The translations under genes were made by a program, and so were the position numbers. Below are positions 1-15,905 of a stretch of 64,000 nucleotides of DNA, piece after piece. Below the pieces are notes generated by a model. It was not told where the DNA came from, did no database searches, and saw only the letters and a list, made by a program, of their open reading frames with translations. The stretch's first letter is position 1. Each line of letters starts with the position of its first letter. Origin of the DNA: the human T2T-CHM13v2.0 reference genome, Homo sapiens. The stretch lies in the NCBI RefSeq assembly GCF_009914755.1, contig NC_060935.1. One strand, 5' to 3'.

Positions 1-1994
1 TTCCTCTTAGTGTGAATTCCACCAGAATATTATCATTCCCCCACTGTAGTAGTGTGGAAACACTTATACTCAGTGTCAAATGGAAATTTGGGAGCAGATG
101 TGCAAGCACGAAGTTCTTCCAGGGAATTCTAAAAGACAAACAGGGAAGGCACTTGTATATGGGAACCTCAAGTGCTCGGTTGTCAAGTAGAGCCTCAATT
201 CAAATCATCTCATTTGTTATTTTCATAAACCCTCAATGTTTTCTGGAAACTATATTTTCCAGGATGTTTCTCACACTTGGATGTAGCAAGGAAATCATTT
301 TTTATATCATGTGAGTCTCAAATTTAGTCCATGAAATTGAGCAAATTCATTAATGGAAAGACCCTTGGACTGAGAATTTATTCTACTGTCACTAGAGGAC
401 TTTAATGGGCTAAGAAAGAGAAGAAATTACAGATAATATCCAAAGCCCAGCACGATACCATAAAGGCCCCTCCCAGATGAGTCCAAGACCTCCAGAAAGA
501 ACTACCAATGCCTGAAGTTCCAGTAAAAACCTCCCTCAAGAATGATCACATTCATAACAGAAAGTTATTACTACCATCATCCCTGGAGAATCTCAAAGCA
601 AAATCTATTATCCTAATACAGCATCACTTGAATTATAAAGTCTGATGAAACCAGACTTGGAGGCTAAATGATGTACACAGAGTTGCGGCATCTATCAGGG
701 AGCTCATCCTAGAACTTGATTGTCATAACAGGTTCATTGCAATTTTCGCTGCCTGTGGAACTTTGTGCCATAACCTGACTCTCCAACCAAATGTGAATGT
801 AGCTTAATTAAATAGAAAGCAGCTTAAACTTAAAAGGCAATATTGGTATACAGAAGTGAAGTTTTACCATCTGTGCTGCAGAAGCTGTCTAGTAGATGAC
901 ATTTCCTATTACCTGGTTCTTAGGATCTCACAGCCTCCTCTGCCTGGTGCAGCTCCCACTACAGCCAAGTCATTTAGGCATCCTCTCCCAGCCCCTGTTT
1001 CCTTTCCTGTGAAGTCTGTGGGTGGCAAGCGCAGAGCCCCGAGGCAGATATGGCATTTACGGAGACTTTATCATGGAAGCACAACAGCTTGTCCTCAGTG
1101 GAATACAGCAGGAGAACCCTCGAAGATCTGTCAGGCTTGGCCATTTAGAGGCTTGGACCCCTGACTCCTGCCAAGAGCAGTAAGGAAGCGTGGGGGCCAA
1201 CACCTGTGCACATACTCTCATGCCCTCACTCTCCACTCATTGTGCAGAGCAGAAACCAGACTCAGAAGTGCTCCAGGCCAGGCTTTCTTCACCAACCTTC
1301 ACCAGCCTCTGCTGGATTTGGCCGTTTGCAGTGAAAAATGAGCCTGAAAGCCCTGGAGGCTTCCTGGTGATTTACCGAGAATTTTACTTCCACATGGGCT
1401 TTCCAGCTGCAGCCAACCCCAAGAGGCAGAGGTAGGAAGAGGAAGAAAATCATAAATGGATAGTAAGATGAGAAACAGATGTTTGGAGGCTTCACTGGAA
1501 GGGAATTCTCCACCTCTACTCCCTTTCTTCGTGAGATGAGAAGGCTCGGGCCCTAATGAGCAGTTTCTCACTATACCTGCAATTCATCTCCTTCCCCCAC
1601 CACCAGCTCTCTCAAGTGTCACTTTTCAAGGGTCTTCCTGGTCCTGCCACATGGGCATCAACTTTGTTGGGTGATTTGTTTCTGGTTTTAGCCAAAATAA
1701 ATGAATGCTAGGTGCTCTGACCATAGACACATGTTAGACAATCTCCTGCCCTCAGGGTGCTCACCAGCCGGAATGAATAAGCAGGTGCAAGCGTCTGCCC
1801 CCTGACAGAGGCAAGGACTGGACCCTGAAAACCCACAGGAGGGGCAGCAAACCCAGCCTTGGCTCAAGGAGGCACTGGAGGGTCAAAGGAAAGCTCAGCT
1901 GAGTTGTAAAGATGTTAATCAATTGAAAATGGATAGAAGTCACTTTGGAGGTATTAACCTAGCAGGCTTCAAGAGAGTTGTATATTTATTCAGT

Positions 1995-2235
1995 GTAACA
2001 CAAGGGTTGAGAGCAACATCCCCAAAGCTAGGCTGCATGAGCTTGACACCCAGCTCTGCCACTTATTTTGGTATCACCTCAAGCAAAGTACTTCAGCTCT
2101 GTGCCTCAGTTTCCTAATTTGCAAAGGGAGGATATGAATGCTTATCCCATAGGATTGTTACAAAGAGCATGTGAAATAATACTTGTAAAGAACTTAGAAT
2201 AGTATCTGGCACATAGTAAGTACTATATGTGTTTT
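1995..2235 (+). mobile_element. MIR SINE
   Basis: Core ctctgtgcctcagtttcctaatttgcaaa...tctggcacatagtaag resembles the MIR consensus. Confidence 0.8.
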
Positions 2236-4983
2236 TCAGAAAACATGAAAAATGAAAGAAGTATTTTGAGCCCACAATATATCAGGCAATATGCTAGGCC
2301 ATGTGGATACTCAATTGAAAGCCATCATTACTCTTTTTGAAGAGGTCATGACCAAGTGTGATTGAATTATCAATGAATTATGATGCAACATCTTAGATGG
2401 TAAGATTAAAGATTAGAGACACCCCCTCCTTTCCACTTGTAGATGCCCAATCCTAAAATCTAGGAGCAAGCATGGGCCTTCCCAGCTCCCCTATCTCCCA
2501 CATTTAGTCACTGTATCCCAGCCTCTACCTCTCCAAGATCTCCTGAGCCCCTTCCTTTTGCTCCTCTCCTGTTGTCACTGCTTGCTCGGGTCCCTTGTCA
2601 GCTCCCACATGGACTGGTGCACAACCCATCTCTAGCCCCCAGCTCTCTCTCACCCCCGCTGAGTCAGGTTCTCACTGCTGTTCACATCATATTTTTGAAG
2701 CCCAAATTTTCTCATAGCATTCCTCAATTTAAGATTCTTTTGTGGTCCCCCATTGGCTATTGAAAAGTAACGGAATTCCTTAATGTGACAGATCCCTTTG
2801 TGAATCGATTCTTATTTTCCTATCCAGTCCCAGCTCTGGACACCCTCAGTGCCTCCACCCAGTGGATGTATTCTTCCGTGAAACCACTGTGCTCCTGCTG
2901 TGGACACGTTGTCTCCCATAACAGGAACAGTGTCTCTGTCCTGTCCACCAAACACTCCGACTTTTTCCCTAAGAATTTTCACATTGCTTCGTCTGTGACA
3001 ACGTCTGTGATTCCTTTGGGTCCCCCTTTCTCAAGTTCCTTGTGCTCTGCACCTGTCTACATGAATGATGGGGAGGGTTGGAAGGAGCAGAACATATTAA
3101 TAGCACTCTCCTTTTCTACCCAAGCTCTGCAAAAATTAAGAAATAAAAATAAAAACAAAAAACAGCATATGAGACAGGATACCAAAATATGACCCTTATT
3201 ACTGATGAAGCTGATGTAACAGCGATGAGTTTACACCTAAGGGCAATTGGACAAGGGAGCTTCCTAATGATATTTCCAGATTAGGCTAACTTACACTCCC
3301 AAATGCAGGCTCAGATGAACAGGTCACCTTTCCCCACTCGGGGGCCTATACCAGTATGAGAATTATGGCATGGCCTAACAAAAACAAATATAAATCCCTC
3401 ACGGGCAGGACTAATTTCTTCTTTCAAAACCCACCCATTAAACATAGTATTCCTGGGAGGGGAGCAAGCAAGGAGCAGAGAAAAGCTGGGAGTGTCACAC
3501 TAATGGAGCTCCTTCCACATTAAAGGAAACACCAGGAGTAAAGAAGAAAAGTGCCAACATGTTATATAGTATTTTCATTTTTGTGTCTCTTGATGAAACT
3601 AAAAGCTATTTGTAGGCGAGAATAATGCTTTTTCATCTAATATTTTCATCCTATACAAGTCAACTACTTATACTTGACACAAAGTACGTGTTCAACCTAT
3701 TTGTTAAATACTAAAGAGTGAGGAGTCAAAGTGTGATGGGTTCACATAGAAAGGAACTGCTGTACCAGTAGAAGTGGAAGAGGAGGAAAGATTTGACGAA
3801 AGCCTGCGTAGAAGAAGAGGTATTTGATCCAGATGTTGGGGAAGCAGTAGACTCTTGCCACATGACCCTTAGTACACAGAAGAAATCGACTCTTGCTACA
3901 CAGAAAAGACAAAGGCAACAATAGTTGCTTAAGCCCAGAGGCATGAAATTGTACAGCAAACCCTGGGTGAAAAAATTCTGCATGAAAAAAGTATAGAATA
4001 TGAGAGATGAGGCAGGAAAAGCTTGATGTACTTCTTTACCTTGGAATACTTAATAGGGATGCCTGAAAATGTAAAAGTCAAAAGAGTGACTGTCTCCTTG
4101 AGTTTCATTGTTTTCTTTGAGCTTAATTTTGGTTGTTAATGTAGTAAGAGTAATATTTTAAACTGTGGGGAAGCCTCTTCTAGACCTGTCTGCTTACCAT
4201 TCCTGATCCTAATTCAACTCATATTAAGATCCTTTCACAACTGGGAACACCCAGAGTGCTAATGTCCCTCCAGCAGCATGAAACAACAGGGAGGTGAAGG
4301 CCATAAACCTTTGCAGCAGACGAGTCACAAGCTACGTGTCCATGTGAAGAAAATGTGGGTCTGCAAAGGCTGCTGGTCGCTGGTGGTGTGATTTTCTGTC
4401 TAAACCAAAGACAGGAAGATAGAATGATGTATCCTTTTCCATTTGTATTATTTTCACTTTCAAAAAAAATTATCTTGTTATTTTTTAAAAATATTGTTAT
4501 CATTTTTATTATTTTTTCATCAAATAATTATATAAAAATTTCCAGCATAAAATTAAGCTTTATTTACTCAGGAAATCTATATTTGAACTGAAAGCTCATC
4601 AAAAAGATACTGAATATTTCCCAAATTCTGGTAACTGATAACATTTGAATTTCTTTCTCTGATGTTTCAATGATTCAGCTAATGGCCTCCTATGGAGTTT
4701 TCCTCTCAGACCCTCTGTTTTGGAAACAACACATCCCACCTATAGGGACCAACAGCCATTCATATTTCTGCTATGTGACCCTCACCCTTGGCCATACCTA
4801 ACTGATCTAGAAATAGGTACATGACCCACTCAGAGAATTTGGAATTGGGGCTAAAAGAGTCAGTTATCGAATATGACTCAAATGTAAAATCTAAACTTGG
4901 GATCTGAGGATCTAACATTTGTTGCTTGCCTGTAGACTGAATTACAGAGAGAGGTGGCAGGCAAAAAAGAAACAAAGACACCC

Positions 4984-5401
<418 letters not shown>

Positions 5402-5721
5402 TTAAAAGAATGTGTTATTAATGACATAAGAGAAGAGCAGTTAGATTTTGAAGATCATTATTACAAAAGTGCTAAATGAAATTATGAGAGCTGGTAAACC
5501 TCTTGGGAGAGTGGCTGGGGCTGAGGGATGAGCCTAGCTCCTTTGAGGCTGCCCAAAAGTAGGGGCAAAAGGGAAGGAGATGTTAAGAAAGGAGTTTAGG
5601 CAGGAGTTTAAGATGTAGAAGAGATGTTTTGCCTTAGGAAAAAGACATAACATTAGATTCTCCCTCTCTAATATATTATTTACCTTCATTGATGATTACA
5701 GTTGAAAGACTTGAATGTAAT

Positions 5722-5790
5722 AGAGCAGACTGGAGAGATGTTATAGAACAGACTGGAGAGATGTTATAGAACAGACTGGAGAGATGTTAT
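5722..5790. repeat. Minisatellite, 3 x 23 bp (agaacagactggagagatgttat)
   Basis: Copies at 5722-5744 (1 mismatch), 5745-5767 and 5768-5790. Confidence 0.95.
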
Positions 5791-5880
5791 TTTTATTTAG
5801 AAACAGCTGCTCACATATACCATTAGTAGAAATATAAAGATAAATCATTTTGGAGAGAAATCTGGGAATATACATTAAAA

Positions 5881-6576
<696 letters not shown>

Positions 6577-9500
6577 TTAAATTGTAACAGAGAAAGAGAG
6601 AGATTTGGCCTCTTGTTATGTAGCTGGACCGATGATGCATAAATTCTGGAATTGCTGCAAGGTCATGCTTCCTATCATGTGGAACAAGAAAAACAGTGGA
6701 AACTTGCCTACCAAGAGAGAGAAGAATGCCACAGATGCACAGACAGGAGAAACAAGAGATGGAGAGGAAGTTCTGACAGTTTTTCAGTTCCTGGCTCTGG
6801 AACCTGCACAGTTCCAGCTGCCTTCCTGACAATCACAGAGGCCCATCACTCACCTCTGAATCTAGAAATTTTTTTTTTTTCCCAAGGAGAGCTCAAGATG
6901 CTTCCTATTACTTGCAACTAAATGAGTCTCAACAGTAATTCCATTCCTAAGAGTTTTAGCCTTAAGAAACAGTTTCAGACACACAGTTGCATATGTAAAG
7001 ATAAATACCATAGTATTGCATGTAATTTTGATAAAATGATCGATTTGGATATTAATGTGACTCTTGTCAAACAAACCATCTTAATAGTAGAAACATATTA
7101 ATATCATTAATTAATGCTTAAGCCTTACTTCATATTCATTTTGTCTCAGGGGTTGGATTTTGTGCTTCACATACATCTATTTTAATCCTCACAGCAGCCC
7201 TAGAAGATGGGTACTATTACCTTAAGATAAACATGTAAAGTGTTTAGCATATTGTTTTGCATATAGCAGGACTTGCAAAATAGCTAACTACTATTATTCC
7301 AATTTCTACAGATGAGAAAATTAGAACTTTTTTAGCTTTATAGCCAGAAATTCCAAAGGTGCTCAGATAAATGTAGTGGGAAAATGTAATGATGTGTGGG
7401 AAAGTGAGACAGGCAGAGCACCTAAAAGGTACCCCCTCCTACCTATTGATCTTGACAGCAAGTATCAGATGGCTGTACTTAGATTGAGTGTTAGAGGCTA
7501 ATACAGTAATTCAAGATGTGTAAAAGTCAACAAAAAGAATTAGTTATCAAACAAGTTACATTCAAGGTATGGAATGAACTATACACAAACGGTCAACAGA
7601 CATGCAAACACACATGCACTTTTCTACCAATAACAGCAGATATAGCCACACGTTGGGCAGTTAATACCAAGTTTTGCTTGTTGGCTAAGGGAACTTTCAG
7701 TATCCTAATTCTGATTCCATTTTTTTTTTCACTGCCACTAAGCTTCTTCTGTGTCTCATAATGATCATCACTAATGCTTGTCAAGATGGTCATTTCTTTG
7801 AATAAGGCCGTACTAACTGCAAAAACTTTTTGGCAAGTGCTCAAAACGAAGACTGATTTTTCTATTCTTATAAGCCACTACAGAAATATGAGCAAGTTCT
7901 AGAAAGGTAACTCTTCTCTGAGAACTCTTGAGTATGCCCACTGTGATTGCTTGTTTCTTTTATTAATGCTGCAACTCAGAGCTGGAGGTTTTTAGTTTTG
8001 GGTGAATATGTTATACTGAGTTAGACCGTAGGATCTTCCTTATTTCACCAAATATCATCACTTAATGGTTATTTCCCATGACTTGTTATGAAAAAAATCT
8101 ACACTGCCACCAGAAGCTGGATTTTTAAAACATCAAACTGGCTACATCCCTGGAATTTTGTGTTTACTATTTTATGTACACTTATGTGTAAGATACAAAA
8201 GTATCTTCAAATTCATGAAATAACATGCAAATAGTAGGTATTAACATATCACATGCTACATACTCCATTATTGTATTCTTGGCACAACAAAAATATTTGT
8301 CCATCTTTGCACTAAATCTGTTCGTGTTCTTACATTTGTAAGTATAAGAGACTAATTTTTAATCAGTGCTTTTAATCTATTTGGTAGTATTTTGAGTAAA
8401 AGTCAGAGGATGAAGGGAGTTCAAAAGGCCACTGGGAGTGCACTTCATTTTTCATCATACAAATGATATCCAAAAATTATCAATGGCCCTAGACATTGCA
8501 ATAAAGGCCAAAAAATGAAAAAGAAGATGTAATAATTGAAAAGGAAGAAGCAAACATGTTCCTGTTTGTGGATGATATGACTTTTTATGTCAGTAAAAGC
8601 GGAGGAATTTTAAAACTAATGAATAAATTTAGCATGATTGTAGGATATAGGGTTAACATACAAAAATCAATGTTATTCTTATACAATAACAGCAAACAAT
8701 AGAAAGTATATATTTTTAAATTACATTTACAGTGTTGCCAGAAGATATGTCTAATAATAAATCTAACAAAAGATTCCCAGGAGCTCTACACTGAAAAGAC
8801 TAAAATGTTCCTGAGAGAAATTAAAGACTAAAATACATAGTAAGGTGTACCACACTTATAGATAGGAAGACCAAATGTTGTTAAAATTGAAATTCTTTGC
8901 AAAGTGATCTATAGGTTAAATGTAATATCAATCAAAATTTTATCAGGCTCCTTTGTAGAAATGGACAAGTGGATTCTAAAGTTTGTATGGAAATGCAGAG
9001 GGTCAAATCAATTTTCATTAAAACAAAAGAAAATACATACACACAAAGTTGGAGGATTTACCCTACTGAATACAAAAGTTTACTATAAAATGACATTACC
9101 CAAGATAGTTTGGAATTGGTGAACAAAATAGACAGATCAGTCAGAGGACTATATAGACATATAGATCAGAAGAGCATAAAAGCTTCAGAAATAGACTAAT
9201 GCATATTTATTCAATTGATTTTTGAAAAACATAATAAAATCTTTTCAACAAATGGTAGTAAACCAATTAAATATCTGCATGCAAAAAATTAAATTTGATC
9301 TGTACTCAACCATACACAAAAATTAATTCAAATGAATCATAGACCTAAATGTAAAACCTAACTCTTTTGTAAGTAAACATAGTAAAACTTTTATAAGTAA
9401 ACATAGTAGAAAAAATTTGCATTAAGCAAGATATTTCTAGATATAATACCAAAAACCTGAACCACAGAAGAGAAAACTAATAAATTGAACTTCATTAAAA

Positions 9501-9914
9501 TGAAAAGAAATTTGTTCTTCAAAAGATACCATTAAGAAAATTAAAAGGCAAGTCACAGACTGTGAGAACATATTTATGCACATATATTTGACAAAAATAA
9601 AATAAAAATATATTCAAAAATATATCAAGGAGAAGACAATGGCAAAAGGTTGGAACACTATACAGAAGATATAAGAATCTCCAATCAGCATATGAAAAAG
9701 TGCCAAACATCATTGTAATTAGGAAAATGCAACTTAAAACCACAATGATATCATATTCATTACAAGATCTAAATGTAAAAATGTTGACCATGTCAAGTGT
9801 TGACCAGGATGAAGAGCAACTGGAACTCTTGAACATTGCTAGTGAGAATGTAACATGGTACTACTACCATGGAAAATGGCATACAAGTTTCTAAAAATTT
9901 GAACGTATATTCTA

Positions 9915-10315
9915 AAAAACTGTATAACCACAATTTAATCATAAGAAAAATATCAGACAAATCTCAATTGAGAAACATTCTACAAAATATCTAATCAGTA
10001 CCCCTCAAAATAGTCAAGGGGATCAAAAACAAGAAGAGTCTGAGAAATTATCACAGCCAAAAGGAGCTAGAGACACATGTAATGAAGAATCCTGGATTGG
10101 ACTCTAGAACAGAAAGAAGATACTGAGTAAAAACTAAGGATATCAGTTGCGTATGGATTTCAGTGAATAATAATGTATCAAGATTGGTTCGTTACTTGTG
10201 AAAAACGTACCATTCTCATATAATACCTTCACAGCAAGAAAAACTGGCTGTGGGAGTATATGTACTAACTTTCAATTTTTTTGTAAACTCAAATTTATTC
10301 TAAAATGAAAAATTA
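9915..10315 (+). mobile_element. L1MC-like 3' end fragment nested in the older L1
   Basis: atcagacaaatctcaattgagaaacattctacaaaata...cctggattgg...ttctaaaatgaaaaatt resembles the L1MC4-type 3'UTR (recalled consensus). Confidence 0.55.
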
Positions 10316-10634
10316 ATGTCACAAGAAAAATTAAACACACATCATCAAGCAATTCCACTAAGTATTTATCCAAGAGAAACAAACACATGTCTGTGCTGAG
10401 ACTTTTACGTGATTGTTCATAGCCAAAAATTGAAAACAATTCAAATATATATCAACAGATAAATGTGTTGGGAGGGGCGGGGGGTATCTATTCTTGGTAA
10501 TAAAAAGGAACAAATCATTTATAAAGGCACTTAATGAATCTCTAAATTATTATGCTCAGGAAAAGAAGCCAGACAAAAAAGAATAAATCGTGTATTATTT
10601 CACTTATACAAAATTCTAGAAAATGAAAACTCAT

Positions 10635-11062
10635 TGATATGGTTTGATTTTGTGTCCCTACTCAAGTCTCATGTTGAATTGTAATCCCCAATGTTAGGGG
10701 AGGAACCTGGTGGGACGACATGGATCATGAAGGTGGATTTCCCCCTTGCTTTTCTCATGATAGTGAGTGAGTTCTCACAAGATCTGATGGTTTAAAAATG
10801 TGTGGCACTTCCTCCTTTGCTGTCTCTCTCTCTTACTCTCTCTCTCTCTCTCTCTCTCTTCTGCTCCTGCCACCACGTGAAGAAGGTGCTTGCTTCCACT
10901 TCACCTTCTATTGTGATTGTAAGTTTCCTGAGGCCTCCCAGTCTGCTGTACAGGTTGTTTCCTGTACAGCCTGCGGAACTGTGAATCAATTAAACCTCTT
11001 TTCTTCATAAATTACCCAGTCTCAAGTAGTTCTTTATAGCAGTGCAAAAACAGACTAATACA
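10635..11062 (+). mobile_element. MaLR solo LTR (MSTA-like)
   Basis: TGATATGGTTTG...CAGACTAATACA termini; degenerate 5-bp TSD ctcat/ccaat derived from the host L1 sequence ctaat. Confidence 0.88.
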
Positions 11063-11764
11063 CCAATCTATGGTGACAGAATTCAGATCAGTTGTCTGAG
11101 GACAGGAGATGGAGATGGGGGGCTGTGTGGGAGGAAGGGATTACACAAGGCTAGAGGGAACTTTGGGTGATGTGTTCATTAGCGTTAATGCGGTAATAGT
11201 TTCACAGTGTACAATAAGTTAAACCCTATCAAATTATGCGTTTTAATTTGCACAGCTTATGATGTATCAATTATACCGCAGTGAAACTATTTAAATTTTA
11301 TTTAAAAGAAGGAAAAGGAAGAACAGATATTTAGATGCCAAGAAATGACATGAAAATATTTATATGTACTTATGTAAGTAATAGTTACTCTTAATGTGTC
11401 GATTAATTTGGTCTTTAATGTTAAGAGATAAAGTGAAATACAGAATTAAGTGGGATTAGTTAGAAACCATTTTAGAGAAAACAAGAAACAGTGCTCACCA
11501 TTGTAAACCAAGAATCTGGTAAGATCCATCATCTGTAAACAATTTACTCCGAGAAATTATTTTTTCCTTGTAGTGGTTATGGGTTTCCCTGAGCCATTCA
11601 CACTCTAACCCAGTGACCTTAAATTTTAGGAAAATAGAGGTGCATTTTGTTGCTACTGGGAATAGAAAAGCTAACTGGGCTATGAATGACTTGAGCTTGT
11701 GGTCTTGGCCTCATTAACACTGGACAACAACCAACTGAGCTAATCAGCCACTGCTGACATTACA

Positions 11765-13698
11765 GAGAAACTTTATTGAGGTATAATTAAAGTACATTAA
11801 ACCATACATGTATAAAATGTACAATTTGATCAGCTTTTGAATACGTATATACTCATGAAACCATCACCACAATCAAAATAACAAACATTTAATCAACTCC
11901 AGAAGTTTCTTTGTGTCCCTTTATAATCCATTATTCCTGCACCTCCATCCTCAGCAACTGCTGATCTGTTTTCTCTCAGGACAGAATAATTTGCTTTTTT
12001 CTAGAATTTTATATAACTGCAATAATACAGTTTGTACTATTTGGCTTGTTATATTTTAATATCTTTAGAAACTAGATATGCCCCCTCTCTCATTTTTGAT
12101 ATTGGTAGTTTGTCTTTTCTCTTTTTGTGCTAATAAGTCTAGCTAGAAGATTATTGATCTTTATGAGTTTTGCAAGGAACCATCTCCTGATTTCATTGAT
12201 TTTTTTTCAATTGTTTTTCTGTTTTCCAGTGCATTTATTTTGGCTCTGATCATTTCATGTCTTTTCCTTTCTTTGGGTTTTATTTGCTTTTATTCTTCTA
12301 GTTTCTTAAGGCAGAAGCTGAGTTCATTGATTTGAAGATGTTTTTCTTTTTTAATATGAAACCTTTTTGTTCTATAAATGTTCCCCTAAGTGCTGCCTGA
12401 GCTACATCTCACATATTTTTTGTATTTTGTTTTCATTTTCATCGAGTTCCAAATACTTTCCAGTTTCTCTTTTGATTTTGTCAATGATCCATGAGTTATT
12501 TTAAATATTATCTTGAGACTACTTGGGATATCCCAGATATCTTTCTGATACACTCATTTCTGATTTAATTCAATTGTGGTTACTGTAGGACAGATTTTCT
12601 ATTACTTGACTCCTTTTAAATTTACTGGGATTTGTTTTCTCATTCAACATATGGTCTCTCTTGGGAAATGTTTCATTAATACTTAAATAAAAAGTATATT
12701 CGGTGGTTGTTGTTGTTGGGTGCAATGTTCCGTAATTGTCAGTTAGGTCAATTTAGTTAATAGTGTTATTCAAATCTTCTAAATACTTATGGACTTTCTG
12801 TCTATATGTTCTATCAATTACTGAAATCTCTGACTATAACTGTGAATATGTTTGTTTTTCCTTAAGTTTTGCTCCATGTATTTTGATGCTCAGTTATTAT
12901 ATGTGTAAATATTTAGGATTGTTATATCATCTTGATGAGGCGACTACTTTATCATTATTAAATGGCCCTCTTTATCCCTGGTAATCTTTGCTTTAAAACC
13001 TACTTTTTAATATGAATATAGCCTCATTAGCTTTATTTTGATGAGTATTAACATTGTATATAACTTTTCATCTTTTTATTTTAATATGTTTGTATATTTA
13101 AAGTGCATTCCTTATAGGTAACATATAGTTGAGTCTTTCTTTTTATCCAATATGACACCTCTGACTTGACTTTGAAGTGTTTAAACTTTTTGTATTTAAT
13201 GTGAATATGTATATGATCGGTTTTAAATTTACCAGCTGGCTAGTTTTTTCTGTTTATTCCATCTATTATTCTTTGTTCCCTTTTTCCTCTATGCTTTCTT
13301 TTGGGTTAATTATACTTTTAAAAATATTTCGTATATCCTTTGTTGTATTATTTTAGTGGTTGATATAGTGTCATTGATTACGTCTTTAACTTATCACAGT
13401 TATCTTTCAAGTAACATTATACCACTTTGTACATGTGTATTAGAAAACCTTGCAACAATGTACTTCCATTCTCTGTCTCCTGAATTTTATACTACTGTTG
13501 TCGTCATACATATTATTTTTATTTCTACATATGTAATAAGACCTATATTACATTGTTTCTGTGTTTGCTTTAAAAAACCAAGTTTTCAATGAAATGTTTA
13601 AAATGAGAAAATATATTTGTCTACATAATTTTTTTTCAAGGCTCTTAATTCTATCCAGTATATCAGACTTCTATCTGGTATCATTTTTCTTCTGCTTG
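11765..13698 (-). mobile_element. Ancient L1M, antisense, left part
   Basis: L1M 3' end (aactttattgaggtataatt...) followed by T-rich antisense ORF2-like sequence. Confidence 0.75.
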
Positions 13699-13713
13699 AA
13701 AGATGTCTTTTAT

Positions 13714-15890
13714 CAGGGATGCCCTCTCTTACCACTCCTATTCAACATAGTGTTGGAAGTTCTGGCCAGGGCAATCAGGCAAGAGAAAGAAATAATGGGT
13801 ATTCAATTAAGAAAAGAGGAAGTCAGATTGGCCCTGTTTGCAGATGGCATGATTGTATATTTAGAAAACCCCATCATCTCAGCCCAAAATCTCCATAAGC
13901 TAATCAGTAACTTCAGCAAAGTCTCAGGATACAAAATCAATGTGCAAAAATCACAAGCATTCCTATACACCAATAACAGAAAAACAGAGATCCAAATCAT
14001 GAGTGAACTCCCATTTACAATTGCTACAAAGAGATTAAAATACCTAGGAATCCAACTTACAAGGGATGTGAAGGACATCTTCAAGGAGAACTACAAACCA
14101 CTGCGCAACGAAATAAAAAAGGACATAAACAAATGGAAGAACAATCCATGCTCATGGATAGGAAGAATCAATATCGTGAAAATGGCCATACTGCCCAAGG
14201 TAAATTTATAGATTCAATGCCACCCCACCAAGCTACCAATGACTTTCTTCACAGAATTGGAAAAAACTACTTTAAATTTCATATGGAACAAAGAAAAACC
14301 TGCATTGCCAAGTCAATCCTAAGCAAAAAAAAAAAAAAAGCTGGAGGCATCACGCTACCTGACTTCAAACTATACTACAAGGCTACAGTAACCAGAACAG
14401 CATGGTACTGGTACAAAAACAGAGATATAGACCAATGGAACAGAACATAGGTCTCAGGTATAACACCACACATCTACAACCATCTGATCTTTGACAAACC
14501 TGACAAAAACAAGAAATGGGGAAAGGATTCCCTTTTTAATAAATAGTTCTGGGAAAACTGGCTAGCCATATGTAGAAAGATGAAACTGGATCCCTTCCTT
14601 ACACCTTATACAAAAATTAATTCAAGATGGATTAAAGGCTTAAATGTTAGACCTAAAACCATAAAAACCCTAGAAGAAAACCTAGGCAATACCATTCAGG
14701 ACATAGGCACGGGCAAGGACTTCATGACTAAAACACCAAAAGCAATGGCAACAAAAGCCAAAATAGACAAATGGGATCTAATTAAACTAAAGCACTTCTG
14801 CACAGCAAAAGAAACTACCATCAGAGTGAACAGGCAACCTACCGAATGGGAGGAAAATGTGGCAATCTACCCACCTGACAAAGGGCTAATATCCAGAATC
14901 TACAAAGAACTTAAACAAATTTACAAGAAAAAACAACCCCATCAAAAAGTGGGCAAAGGAAATGAACAAACACTTCTCAAAAGAAGACATTTATGCAGCC
15001 AACAGACACATGAAAAAATGCTCATCATCACCGGTCATCAGAGAAATGCAAATCAAAACCACAATGAGATACCATCTCACGCCAGTTAGAATGGTGATCA
15101 TTAAAAAGTCAGGAAACAACAGATGCTGGAGAGGATGTAGAGAAATAGAAACACTTTTACACTGTTGGTGGGAGTTTAAACTAGTTCAACCATTGTGGAA
15201 GACAGTGTGGCAATTCCTCAAGGATCTAGAACTAGAAATACCATTTGACCCAGTGATCCCATTACTGGGTATATACCCAAAGATCATAAATCATGCTACT
15301 ATAAAGACACATGCACACGTATGTTTATTGCAACACTGTTCACAATAGCAAAGACTTGCATCCAACCCAAATGTCCATCAATGATAGACTGAATTAAGAA
15401 AATGTGGCACATACACACCATGGAATACTATGCAGCCATAAAAAAGGATGAGTTCATGTCCTATGTAGGGACATGGATGAAGCTGGAAACCATCAATCTC
15501 AGCAAACTATCACAAGGACAGAAAACCAAACACTGCATGTTCTCATTCCTAGGTGGGAACTGAACAATGAGAACACTTGGACACAGGGCAGGGAACATCA
15601 CACATGGGGGCCTGTCATGGGGTGGGGGCCAGGGGGAGGGATAGCATTAGGAGAAATACCTAATGTAAATGACGAGTTAATGGGTGCAGCAAACCAGCAT
15701 GGCACATGTATACCTATGTAAGAAACCTGCATGTTGTGCACATGTACCCTAGAACTTAAAGTATAATAAAAATAAAAACAAATAAAAAAGTAAAAAAAAA
15801 AAAAAAAAAAGAAAAAGGTTCTCCAAAAAAACATGGGACCATGCAAAAAAAAAAAAAAAAAAAAAAAGAAAGAAAGAAAGAAAGAAAAAA
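13714..15890 (+). mobile_element. 5'-truncated L1PA (L1PA5-like), ~2.1 kb, defective ORF2, with a 3' transduction
   Basis: ORF2 peptides [23 protein letters not shown] and [18 protein letters not shown]; RT motif mutated FADD to FADG; frameshifts; 15-bp TSD aaagatgtcttttat at 13699-13713 and 15891-15905. Confidence 0.95.
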
Positions 15891-15905
15891 AAAGATGTCT
15901 TTTAT

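Larger units (their letters stand above)
8460..11300 (+). mobile_element. Ancient L1M (ORF2 3' part plus 3'UTR), interrupted by nested elements
   Basis: Degenerate ORF2 peptides (IYRLNVISIKI...DKWILKFVWK; IRKMQLKTTM) and an L1M-type 3' end at ~11070-11300. Boundaries approximate. Confidence 0.8.

Noticed and set aside
10980-10995. DUX4-like motif in the MSTA LTR
   Set aside because: TAATTGATTCA deviates from TAAYYBAATCA, and the usual MaLR DUX4 site position is degenerate here.
13561-15348. 216-, 105-, 169- and 128-aa reverse-transcriptase-like ORFs
   Set aside because: Frameshifted pieces of a 5'-truncated L1 ORF2 with the catalytic FADD mutated to FADG; not a functional gene.
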